A stretch of 64,000 bases of DNA, taken from an uncultured Gemmatimonadales bacterium. Lineage in GTDB: Bacteria; Gemmatimonadota; Gemmatimonadetes; Longimicrobiales; Gaopeijiaceae. The translations under genes were made by a program, and so were the position numbers. Shown in pieces: positions 48,000 through 56,455 of this stretch. Each line of letters starts with the position of its first letter. Positions within the stretch are counted from its first letter, which is position 1. The notes under the pieces are model-generated. The model searched no databases, was not told the origin of the DNA, and was given only the letters and a program-made list of their open reading frames with translations. The DNA is taken from positions 1,120,001 through 1,184,000 of the forward strand of contig CAWELD010000003.1 in assembly GCA_963809895.1 (NCBI GenBank), given 5' to 3'.

Positions 48000-48561
48000 A
48001 TGTCACGCAAGATGCCGCTTCTCCTCGCCGCCGCATTCGCCCTCGTCGTCGCGCCCGCCTCCGCTCAGCAACAAGGTCGCGGAGGCATGATGGGAGGCAT
48101 GGGAGGAATGGGAGAAGGGATGCAGGAAGGCATGATGGGGATGCTCCACGAGCACGGGGTCACTCCCGGGATCATGCTCCGCATCGCCGAGCCGCTGGGC
48201 CTCAGCGACGCGCAGGTGCAGCAGCTCCAATCGATCCAGAGCCGCGCCCGCGCCGACCACGATCAGCACATGGCCGCGAGCACGGCAGCCGAAGGGCACG
48301 CCAGCGAGCTCATGGCCGCCGAGCCCATGGACATGGACGCCTACCAGGCGGCACTTCAGGAAGCGGCCACGCACCACGTCATGGCTCAGGTGGCCATGAC
48401 CCGCAGCAGCGTGGACGCGCGGGCGGTGCTCACGCCCCAGCAGCGCACAACGCTGGACACCTCCATCGCCATCATGCACCTCATGAGCCCGGGCCAGGGG
48501 ATGATGGGCGGCGCGGGCGGAATGGGTGGCATGGCGGGGCATGGGCGGTGGCGGCAACTGA
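48000..48561 (+). CDS. Spy/CpxP-like periplasmic Met/His-rich protein (probable +1 frameshift near 48537)
   Basis: Signal peptide ending ASA; LGLSDAQVQQL and VLTPQQR (LTxxQ) motifs; GMM-rich termini. Confidence 0.75.
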
Positions 48562-48562
48562 G

Positions 48563-49156
48563 TCACACCCGGCCGATCTCCACGCGCCACACCTCGGGGC
48601 CCTCCTCCAGGTACGTCCAGGTGAAGTGCCCCTCCTCTTCCGCCTGGAACTGATACCAGAGGGGCTTGGGATCGTGGTCGTTGACCAGGGTGAACACCTC
48701 GCCGCTGGACAGCGACGCGAACAGGCGAAAGATGGTCGGATGCTTCTCCCGGGGCTCGACGACGCGCACATCGAGGACCATCTGTTCCTCTGAACGCGTC
48801 AGCCCCGGGAGATCGCCGACCGCCGCCACTCCCTCGTCGGCACTCCCGCGCCCGCCGTCGCATCGGGCCCGCGGCCTGGACACCTGCTTCGGATCGTAGA
48901 ACCACACGCGCCAGTCCTGCGGACCCAGCTCTTCGGTCCACGCCTTCAGCCCGAAGCCCGCCATGACGCTGTACAGGGGCACGGGATCGAAGATGGCGCG
49001 CACGCGCAGCACACCGTCGGGCGGCATCGACTGCCGAGCCGTCATGATGCGGTCGAACGGCTCCCGGCCGTTCATGAGATCCTCTCGCACGTCCACGTCG
49101 ACGAGTGCCGTGCCGGGGAGGTCGCGGAGGGCCTCGGGGATCACGGGCAGGGTCAT
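48563..49156 (-). CDS. Tandem DUF2249-domain protein
   Basis: DVREDLMNGREPFDRIM...FDPVPLY and LDVRVVEPREKHPTIF...NDHDPKPL...GPEVWRVEI. Confidence 0.85.
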   Translation of the reverse strand: MTLPVIPEALRDLPGTALVDVDVREDLMNGREPFDRIMTARQSMPPDGVLRVRAIFDPVPLYSVMAGFGLKAWTEELGPQDWRVWFYDPKQVSRPRARCDGGRGSADEGVAAVGDLPGLTRSEEQMVLDVRVVEPREKHPTIFRLFASLSSGEVFTLVNDHDPKPLWYQFQAEEEGHFTWTYLEEGPEVWRVEIGRV

Positions 49157-49473
49157 GGGTCCAACTCCTGAGTCTGTTGAATGAGTCCGGGATGCCACGG
49201 GGGATCGAAGACCAGCCGGGATTCGGCCGTGCCCACGCCGTCCACCGAAAGCGCGGAGCGGCGGATGCCCTCGCGGAGGTGGCTCTCCATGGGACATCCG
49301 GGCATGGTGAGCGTGTGGACGACTTCCACGCGGGCCGAGCCCGCGCCCTGGTCGGCCGTGACCACTACCGTCTGGATCAGCCCCAGCGTGACGATGTCCA
49401 GGCCGATCTCGGGATCGATGACGGTACGGAGCGCCTGCCACACGGCGCGCTCGATCTCGGCGGGGGCCCTCAT
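49153..49473 (-). CDS. DUF59 / SufT-like metal-sulfur cluster assembly factor
   Basis: LRTVIDPEIGLDIVTLGLI, TLTMPGCPM, FDPPW. Confidence 0.9.
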   Translation of the reverse strand: MRAPAEIERAVWQALRTVIDPEIGLDIVTLGLIQTVVVTADQGAGSARVEVVHTLTMPGCPMESHLREGIRRSALSVDGVGTAESRLVFDPPWHPGLIQQTQELDP

Positions 49474-50747
49474 CGAGAGCCCCCCAGGCCGACCCGAGCC
49501 AGTTGCAGAGCCATCACGGTGACGCCCGCACACAACAGCAGTGCCACGGCGCGCAGGGCCCCCACGGGAGCACCTGCCGCCAGGCAGGGCGGCAGCGCGA
49601 GGGCGGGGGCGGCGGTCATCGCCGCCGCAGCCCAGGCGACCCGCCGCGAATACAGCTCCGCCACGGTCGGCATGCGCTCCGTACCGAGCCGGGCCCCGAA
49701 TCGGTGAAACCAGGCGAGGAACGGGACGATGCGGTAGAGGTGTCCGGCCACGAATGGCGTGAACCCCGCCACGATGACCGCCGCCCCGTAGGCCTCGGCC
49801 CCGCCGGGATCGGCGGCACCGCGAGTCAGGGCGAACGGAGCCCACAGGAGCCCTCCGGCCAGGCCCACACCCCCGACGGCCACCAGCGTCATGCCCGGAT
49901 CCAGGTCGCGGCGACGTCGGTGCAGGAAGAAGAGGACGAGCTGCGCCAGGTACAGGCTCACGCCGGCGCCGCATACCAGCGCCGCCAGGCCGAGCCACAC
50001 GCCACCCGCGTGGTGCAGCAAGAGGGCGAGCACCAGCCCCCCGGTGACGAGCCGATAGGCCCAGAGCCCCGGCCATTCCGGTGCCCCGTGGCTCAACAGG
50101 AACATGGGCAGGAGACGCTGGGACACACCCACGACCACGAGGAGCACCCACCCCAACAGCGCCACGTGGAGGTGGAGGGTGAGGGCAAGAAGGCGATGCT
50201 CGCCCAGGTAGCCCCAGCGCAGATTTCCGCTCAGGGTGATACCGAGCAGGACGGCGATGATCAGGAACGCTCCCGCCACCGCCAGCGCCCGTCGGATGAG
50301 CCCGCCACGCGGCGCCCTCCCGAGAGTCCGAAAGAGGTTCGCGCTGAACAGGAGCAGCCCCAGCGTGACGAGGCCTGCGCCAGGCAGAAGTAGGATCGTG
50401 TCGCCGGTGGCCAACCCGGCCACCATGAGCGACACCCCCGGCACGTGCAGCGCGAGCGTCGCCCAGACCAGGATCGGCCAAGCCATCCCGACGCCCAGGG
50501 CGACCGGAATGAACTGATAGGCGGCACCCAGGATCGTGGTGGTGAGCCATCCCAGCGTGAAGAGATGGGTCACCGCCGCCACGCGCGGCGCCATGAAGGC
50601 TCCGGCGGCGAGCTCCGGCGAGATGAAGGCCAGCCCGGCCGAGCCGAGTGCGAGAAACGCCAGCGCCGCGGCGAAGTGGCTTCCGGGAACCCGGAAAGGC
50701 GGGGGCGGCGCCGAGGCCGGGCCGGCGCCCGGCGCGCCGCTGCTCAC
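49470..50747 (-). CDS. ~12-TM His-containing membrane protein (NnrS/HCO-subunit-I-like)
   Basis: THLFTLGW...GAAYQFIPV, LHLHVALLGW...RLLPMFLLSH, GHLYRIVPFLAWFH: three internally similar repeats. Confidence 0.7.
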   Translation of the reverse strand: MSSGAPGAGPASAPPPPFRVPGSHFAAALAFLALGSAGLAFISPELAAGAFMAPRVAAVTHLFTLGWLTTTILGAAYQFIPVALGVGMAWPILVWATLALHVPGVSLMVAGLATGDTILLLPGAGLVTLGLLLFSANLFRTLGRAPRGGLIRRALAVAGAFLIIAVLLGITLSGNLRWGYLGEHRLLALTLHLHVALLGWVLLVVVGVSQRLLPMFLLSHGAPEWPGLWAYRLVTGGLVLALLLHHAGGVWLGLAALVCGAGVSLYLAQLVLFFLHRRRRDLDPGMTLVAVGGVGLAGGLLWAPFALTRGAADPGGAEAYGAAVIVAGFTPFVAGHLYRIVPFLAWFHRFGARLGTERMPTVAELYSRRVAWAAAAMTAAPALALPPCLAAGAPVGALRAVALLLCAGVTVMALQLARVGLGGSR

Positions 50748-51007
50748 CGATCCTCTCCGAGCACCTCCATCAGGGCCGCCGTCAGAGCGTCCAGATCCAC
50801 CTGGTCACGTCGGGCCGCGTCACGCACGGGCACCTGCCCTCCGCAACAGGAATGGATGCCGAAGGCGTTGAAGACGTCCAGAGTTTCGGGGCGATCCTCG
50901 ATCAAGTCCGTCACTCGTCGCGCCTGAACGGTCTCGACCTGCGATACCTCCGCCGTCCTCTCGGCATCTGCGGCGGTGAGAGATCCGCGAAGAGAAGTCG
51001 TGGCCAT
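50744..51007 (-). CDS. Stand-alone DUF542 (ScdA/RIC N-terminal-like) protein
   Basis: VFNAFGIHSCCGG..., resembling the GIDFCCGG motif. Confidence 0.8.
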   Translation of the reverse strand: MATTSLRGSLTAADAERTAEVSQVETVQARRVTDLIEDRPETLDVFNAFGIHSCCGGQVPVRDAARRDQVDLDALTAALMEVLGEDR

Positions 51008-51037
51008 GGTTCGTCGGGTCCTCCGGGAGGGTCCGGG

Positions 51038-51069
51038 GATAAATTCGCATGTTGTTATGCGAATTTATC
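51038..51069. promoter_or_regulatory. Perfect 13-6-13 palindromic operator
   Basis: GATAAATTCGCAT-GTTGTT-ATGCGAATTTATC, 30 bp upstream of the DUF542 start. Confidence 0.8.
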
Positions 51070-51106
51070 ACGCCACCGTGACTTTGCACAGGGGTCGGGT
51101 GCGGCG

Positions 51107-51619
51107 TCAGTCCCGGGACGCCTCCGGAAGCAGCCGCTCGACGACGACCACATCGCGCCATTCGCCGTCCAGACGGCCGTGGCGGTGGTAGACCCCCACC
51201 TCACGGAACCCGTGGCGGGCACAGAGCACGCGCGACGCCCGGTTCCCGGTGAAGATCCTCGCGACGATCTTCCAGAGGCCGGCCGAGGCACAGGCCTCGA
51301 TGAATGCGCTCATGAGCACACTGCCGACGCCGTGGCCACGGGCGTCCCGGCTCACGTACACCGAGAAGTCCACGATCCCGTCGTAGCACGCCCGGTTCCG
51401 ATACGCGAAGGCGGCGATCCACCCCTGGACCGCGCCGCCTCGAAGCGCCACCAGCACCGGACGGCGTGGATCCTCGAGCCAGCGCGCGACCTCCCATGCC
51501 TCCCGGGGCCGCGTCTCGAAGGTGGCCACCCGGTCGGCGATTCCTTCGTTGTAGATGCGCGTCATGGCATCGACGTGCTCCGGCCGGGCGGGTATCACCG
51601 CCCACGTGCCATTCATCAT
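51107..51619 (-). CDS. GNAT N-acetyltransferase (phosphinothricin/arsinothricin ArsN-like)
   Basis: IYNEGIADRVATFET, FSVYV, RGHGVG, NRASR, GRLDGEWRDVV. Confidence 0.85.
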   Translation of the reverse strand: MMNGTWAVIPARPEHVDAMTRIYNEGIADRVATFETRPREAWEVARWLEDPRRPVLVALRGGAVQGWIAAFAYRNRACYDGIVDFSVYVSRDARGHGVGSVLMSAFIEACASAGLWKIVARIFTGNRASRVLCARHGFREVGVYHRHGRLDGEWRDVVVVERLLPEASRD

Positions 51620-51627
51620 CCCGCCCC

Positions 51628-52959
51628 TCACGTCGGATCGTCGATCCCGTACTCCTTCATCTTACGCCAGAGTGTGGTGCGGCCCATGCCCAGAATCTCG
51701 GCGGCTCGCACTCGCACGCCGTCCGCCTCGCGCAGCGCCCTCACGATGGCGCTGCGCTCGTCCTCGTCGCCACCCTCGTGCCGGTAGCGCTCCTCCTCGC
51801 GCGGCGAGTCGCCCCCATCGCGCACACTCTGCGGAAGGTGATGCGCCTGGATCGAACCACCTTCGGCCCGGATCAACGCGCTCTCCAGCGCCGAGAAGAG
51901 CTCGCGGACGTTCCCGGGCCACCGGTGCGCCAGGAGCGTGCGCATGGCCAGGGGAGACAGCGAGGGCGGCCATCCCCCGCCGGCGCGCTGCCGCAGATAG
52001 TGCTCCACGAGCAGGGGGATGTCGCCCCGGCGCTCGCGGAGCGCGGGCATGTGGATCCGGAACACGTTGAGGCGGAAGAAGAGGTCCTCCCGGAGCCGCC
52101 CCACCTCCACGGCTTCTCCCAGGTCGCGATGGGTGGCCGCCACCAAGCGCACGTCCACGCGCACCGGACGGCTGGTTCCGAGGGGAACGACCTCCCGCTC
52201 CTGCAGCACGCGCAGGAGGCGCTGCTGGACCCCTGCCGACACGTCTCCGATCTCGTCCAGGAAGAGCGTGCCGCCGTGAGCGGCACGAAAATGACCGGCT
52301 CGTTCCTTCACCGCTCCGGTGAAGGCGCCGCGGACGTGCCCGAACAGCTCCGACTCCAGCACCCCCTCGGCCAGGGCCGCGCAGTTGACGGCCACGAAGG
52401 GACCCGACGAGTGCTCCGACAGCCGGTGCACCGCTCGGGCAGCGAGTTCCTTGCCGGTGCCGGTCTCACCGGTGAGCAGGACGGTGGTATCGGCGCGGGC
52501 CACCCGCCTGATTTCCTGAAACGTCTCCTCCATGACCGTCGAGCGGCCCACCATGCCCAGCTCCGCCCCCCCGTCGTCGCCGCCGCTCGGCTGGGGTCGA
52601 CGCCGCAGCAGGCCGTCCACGCGATCGAGCAGCACTTCCGGCTCCACCGGCTTGGTGAGGAAGTCGTCCACGCCGGAGTGGAGCGCCCGTACGGCGGAGT
52701 CCACGGTGCCGAACCCCGACACCATCAGCACCGGCGTGGCGCGACCCCGCGTGCGCAGCACCTCCACCACGTCGATCCCGTCGGGGCCGGGCATGCGGAG
52801 GTCCATGAGGATGAGGTCGAAGCGGCCCTCTTCCAGGGCGCGCACAGCCTCCGAGCCGTCGGCGGCTCCCACCACGACGTGACCTTCGCCCTCCAGGAGG
52901 GCCGCGGTGGAGAGCCTGAAGGCCCGATCGTCGTCTACGACGAGGATTCGTCCGGACAT
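51628..52959 (-). CDS. Sigma54-dependent response regulator (NtrC family)
   Basis: REC domain; GETGTGKE, ESELFGHVRGAFTGA, WPGNVREL; Fis-type HTH. Confidence 0.95.
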   Translation of the reverse strand: MSGRILVVDDDRAFRLSTAALLEGEGHVVVGAADGSEAVRALEEGRFDLILMDLRMPGPDGIDVVEVLRTRGRATPVLMVSGFGTVDSAVRALHSGVDDFLTKPVEPEVLLDRVDGLLRRRPQPSGGDDGGAELGMVGRSTVMEETFQEIRRVARADTTVLLTGETGTGKELAARAVHRLSEHSSGPFVAVNCAALAEGVLESELFGHVRGAFTGAVKERAGHFRAAHGGTLFLDEIGDVSAGVQQRLLRVLQEREVVPLGTSRPVRVDVRLVAATHRDLGEAVEVGRLREDLFFRLNVFRIHMPALRERRGDIPLLVEHYLRQRAGGGWPPSLSPLAMRTLLAHRWPGNVRELFSALESALIRAEGGSIQAHHLPQSVRDGGDSPREEERYRHEGGDEDERSAIVRALREADGVRVRAAEILGMGRTTLWRKMKEYGIDDPT

Positions 52960-54683
52960 GGCGCGGCAGGAAGGTGGATGACGAAGCGGGCACCGGGACC
53001 GTCCTGACGGTTGGACGCCTCGATGCGGCCGCCGTGGGTGCGGACCAGCCCTTCGGCCGTGAACAGCCCCAGCCCGACGCCGTGCATGTCGCCCTTGGTG
53101 CTGAAGAAGGGATCGAAGACGCGGGACAGGGCCTCCTGCGGAATCCCCGGACCCCGATCCAGAACCTCGATGCGGGGGCCGTCGGCATCGCCGATGACCA
53201 CCTCGACGGGCCCCCCGTCGTTCGTGACCTCCTGGGCGTTCAGGATGAGGTTCAGCAGGACCTGCTTCAGGGCGTCCGGTGGCATGGCTGCCCCGAGGCC
53301 CTCGCCTCCGATGACCGATACTGAGGCGTGACCGTTTTCGGCACCCGCCCGGGCCAGGGAGGCCGTCTCGCGCGCCACCGCCCCCACATCGCAGGAATCC
53401 TCGTCGGACCCTCGCGGCCGGTGGAGATCCAGCATGCGCTCGGCCAGCTCGTGCATGCGCAGCAGCTCGTCCACCGCCATGTCGGCGAAGACACGGGCTT
53501 CGTCGCGCAGATCCCCGCTCCGGCGCACCACCTCCAGGCAGTTGCGCACGCTGGCCACCGGATTGCGGATCTCGTGCGCCAGCTGCTGGAGGACCCGCCC
53601 CGTGGCCGAGGCCCGCTCCCGCTGCACCAGCTCGGCCTGGAGGAGGGAGAGCCGCTCCTGCCGGTCCGCCAACTCGCGGTTGGCCCGTTCCAGCTCCGCC
53701 AGGCGGGACGCCAGCGTCTGACGCATGGCCATGAAGGCGTCGGCCACGCGGCGCACTTCTTTCACGCGGGACCGAACCAGGGGAGCGTCCTCGTCACCCG
53801 CGGCGAAACGGTCGGCCGCAGCCGCCAGCGAGGCCACGGGCCGGGACAGACCCATGGCGAACAGGATCCCCACGGCCAGGGCCACCAGCGCCGCGAGGGC
53901 CGTGCTCACCACGGCGGTCCGTCTCAGCACCGGAAGCACCGCCAACTCGGTGTCCTGGTCCCGGAGGAAAGCCACCGTGCCGGCATCCACCGCGGACACC
54001 GCCGCCAGGTAGGTATGGCCGGCGGCCTGGACGCTCTGCACGTCTTCAGGGTGCTCGGGCACCGCGAGCTCCCGGGCCAGGACCTCGGCGGTGGCGGGCG
54101 GAAGGGTGGTGGCCGCCACCGCGCCCGCGTCGTCGCGAAGCACGATGTCCGACCGGGTCAGACCCGCGAGAGCCGTGGCCTCGTCGGCTCCCCAGGCGGT
54201 GCTTCCTCCGGCGGCGCCGAGCCAGGTGTCGCCGTCGGCAATCGGCGCCAGCGCCAACAGGTGGAGCTGCCCGCCACCCGCCACCACCTCCACCGGCATC
54301 TCTCCGCGGCGCGTGGCCGCCAGCATCGGCTCGGGGATCTCCACGGGCGTCATCAAGGCGCTGCCCTCGGGCCCCACCAGGACCGGATCCTCTCCAACAG
54401 CGCGCGCGGCATCCACGAGCACCCGCTCGGCATCCGCACCGTCACCCCGGGCCAGCGCCGACGCCAGCTCGGGCATGTGCGCCATCTCCTTCGCGTGCAT
54501 CATGCGCACGTCGCGCACCGACGCCATGCGGTCGTCCAGGACCATGTGGGCCCGGCCGAGGTCCTCCCTGGCCCGTTGGATCAGGGCATCGCCCAGCCGC
54601 CGCTCCACCAGCAGGCCGGCGGGAATCAGGCCCGTTGCCAGAACGGCCAGGATCAGGAAGATGAGCGCGCGTCTGAGAGACAT
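52935..54683 (-). CDS. Sensor histidine kinase (periplasmic sensor, HAMP, HisKA, HATPase)
   Basis: Two TMs; AHEIRNP; QVLLNLILNA, DRGPG, FFSTK, GLGL. Confidence 0.93.
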   Translation of the reverse strand: MSLRRALIFLILAVLATGLIPAGLLVERRLGDALIQRAREDLGRAHMVLDDRMASVRDVRMMHAKEMAHMPELASALARGDGADAERVLVDAARAVGEDPVLVGPEGSALMTPVEIPEPMLAATRRGEMPVEVVAGGGQLHLLALAPIADGDTWLGAAGGSTAWGADEATALAGLTRSDIVLRDDAGAVAATTLPPATAEVLARELAVPEHPEDVQSVQAAGHTYLAAVSAVDAGTVAFLRDQDTELAVLPVLRRTAVVSTALAALVALAVGILFAMGLSRPVASLAAAADRFAAGDEDAPLVRSRVKEVRRVADAFMAMRQTLASRLAELERANRELADRQERLSLLQAELVQRERASATGRVLQQLAHEIRNPVASVRNCLEVVRRSGDLRDEARVFADMAVDELLRMHELAERMLDLHRPRGSDEDSCDVGAVARETASLARAGAENGHASVSVIGGEGLGAAMPPDALKQVLLNLILNAQEVTNDGGPVEVVIGDADGPRIEVLDRGPGIPQEALSRVFDPFFSTKGDMHGVGLGLFTAEGLVRTHGGRIEASNRQDGPGARFVIHLPAAPCPDESSS

Positions 54684-54846
54684 GGATTCACGGGAATGTT
54701 GAACGCTGCCGATGCTTCAGCCTCGGCTTCACAGCGGGACGGTGCAAGTTCCGCACACAGCCGACCGGAAGGGGCGGGAGCGCTGGGAATGGCGCAGCGA
54801 CACGCCACGAAGCCCGCTGGGCGGCGAATCCGCGGCCCTCGCGGCG

Positions 54847-54893
54847 CGTTTCACGAAACGGCCTCCACGTTCCGTGACACGTTCCACGGAACG
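54847..54893. promoter_or_regulatory. Three 14-bp palindromic boxes (putative enhancer/UAS)
   Basis: CGTTTCACGAAACG (54847-60), CGTTCCGTGACACG (54868-81), CGTTCCACGGAACG (54880-93). Confidence 0.6.
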
Positions 54894-55014
54894 GCGTCAG
54901 ACGTGCCTTTTCGACGGACCAGGTGTACGGACTGGTCACTGTTGCCGTCCTGCGCTCCAGCGTGATCGGCGACGGAGACGGCAGGGCGGCTCCCCCGAAC
55001 CAGAGGAGGAGTCG

Positions 55015-56436
55015 ATGACCGCCCTCACCCTGCTCTCGCTTCTGGGCCTGAGCGCCTCCCCGGCCTGGGCCGGTGCCGCCGCGCCTGCGCCGACCACGGC
55101 CGAGGCCCGAGTGACCCGCTATCTCCACCGTCTGTCGGTCGAAACCGGCCGCGCCGTCGTCGCCCCGTCGACACCGATCCCCAGCTTCTCCCGCCAGACC
55201 GGGCTGGCCTGCACCGCGTGCCATTCCACGTTCCCACAACTCAATGCCTTCGGGCGGCTGTTCAAGATGAACGGCTATACGCTGGCGGCTCAGCAGACCA
55301 TCCAGGTCCAGGATTCCGGCAAAGCCGCCTCGCTTCGTCTGGACCTGGTCCCGCCCGTGTCTGCCATGGTGATCTCGTCGCTGACCTCGATACGGCGAAG
55401 CGTGCCCGGACAGCAGAACGGGTCCACGGCGTTCCCCCAGGAGCTGGGACTGTTCATCGGTGAAGCCATCACGCCCAGGCTCGGGACCTTCCTGCAACTG
55501 ACCTACGACCCCGCCGAGGGAGGCGTGAGCATCGACAACGCGGACATTCGGTTCGCGAACCAGACCTCGGTGGGGAGCGTCGGGCTCCTCTACGGGGTCA
55601 CCCTGAACAACTCGCCCACCGTCCAGGACGTCTGGAACAGCACTCCGGTGTGGGGCTATCCGTTCACCGGCTCCGACGTGGCGCCGGCCCCCATGGCGGC
55701 CACGCTGATCGACGGAGGCCTGGGCCAGCGGGTCGCAGGGCTCGGTGCCTATGGGCTCTGGAACAGCCTGCTCTACACCGAGTTCAGCGTCTACCGTTCG
55801 GCGTTCCAGGGCGGTCCCGACCCCGTCGATGCCAGTGCCGAAGACGCCATCCACGGCGTCGCTCCGTACTGGCGCGTCGCGATCCAACGGCGGGTGGGCC
55901 GCCAGCAGCTCATGATCGGAACCTACGGGCTCCACGCGCGCCTGGTGCCCGCCGGCTTCGCGGGTCCCTATGACCGCTACACCGACATCGCGTTGGATGC
56001 GCAGCTCGACCGTCCGATGCACGGCGGGGGCAGCCTGACGGCACACGCGACATGGATCCACGAGCGCCGGAGGCTTACCGCGACGGCTCTCGCAGGTGGG
56101 GCGGAGCGAGCCCGGAACACTCTGCAGACGGCCCGGGTCGACGCCACCTGGTATCCCGGTCGACGGATCGGAGGAAGCCTGGGGTACTTCACGACCTGGG
56201 GCGACCGCGATCCCCTGCTCTACCCAACGGGCGACTTCTCCGGCAGCGCCACGGGCAGCCCGGACAGCAGCGGTCTGGTGGCTCAGCTGTCGTTCATGCC
56301 GTGGCTCAATACGCGCCTCGGCGTCCAGTACGTGGCCTACACGCGCTTCAACGGCGCGCGCCGCGACTACGACGGAAGCGGGCGCAACGCCAGCGACAAC
56401 GACGCCCTCTACCTCATGTCGTGGTTCGTCTTCTGA
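55015..56436 (+). CDS. cyc2: Cyc2-like monoheme cytochrome c fused to an outer-membrane beta-barrel
   Basis: GAGGAGGA RBS; signal peptide; IPSFSRQTGLACTACH...PQLNAFGRLFKMNGY; barrel ending in F (SWFVF). Confidence 0.8.
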   Translation: MTALTLLSLLGLSASPAWAGAAAPAPTTAEARVTRYLHRLSVETGRAVVAPSTPIPSFSRQTGLACTACHSTFPQLNAFGRLFKMNGYTLAAQQTIQVQDSGKAASLRLDLVPPVSAMVISSLTSIRRSVPGQQNGSTAFPQELGLFIGEAITPRLGTFLQLTYDPAEGGVSIDNADIRFANQTSVGSVGLLYGVTLNNSPTVQDVWNSTPVWGYPFTGSDVAPAPMAATLIDGGLGQRVAGLGAYGLWNSLLYTEFSVYRSAFQGGPDPVDASAEDAIHGVAPYWRVAIQRRVGRQQLMIGTYGLHARLVPAGFAGPYDRYTDIALDAQLDRPMHGGGSLTAHATWIHERRRLTATALAGGAERARNTLQTARVDATWYPGRRIGGSLGYFTTWGDRDPLLYPTGDFSGSATGSPDSSGLVAQLSFMPWLNTRLGVQYVAYTRFNGARRDYDGSGRNASDNDALYLMSWFVF

Positions 56437-56455
56437 ACCCGCTGCCGGGTCGGTC

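Noticed and set aside
17886..51007. In-frame UGA selenoproteins near selC (TlpA, DUF59, DUF542)
   Set aside because: All redox motifs inspected use Cys codons in uninterrupted ORFs; the manual check was not exhaustive
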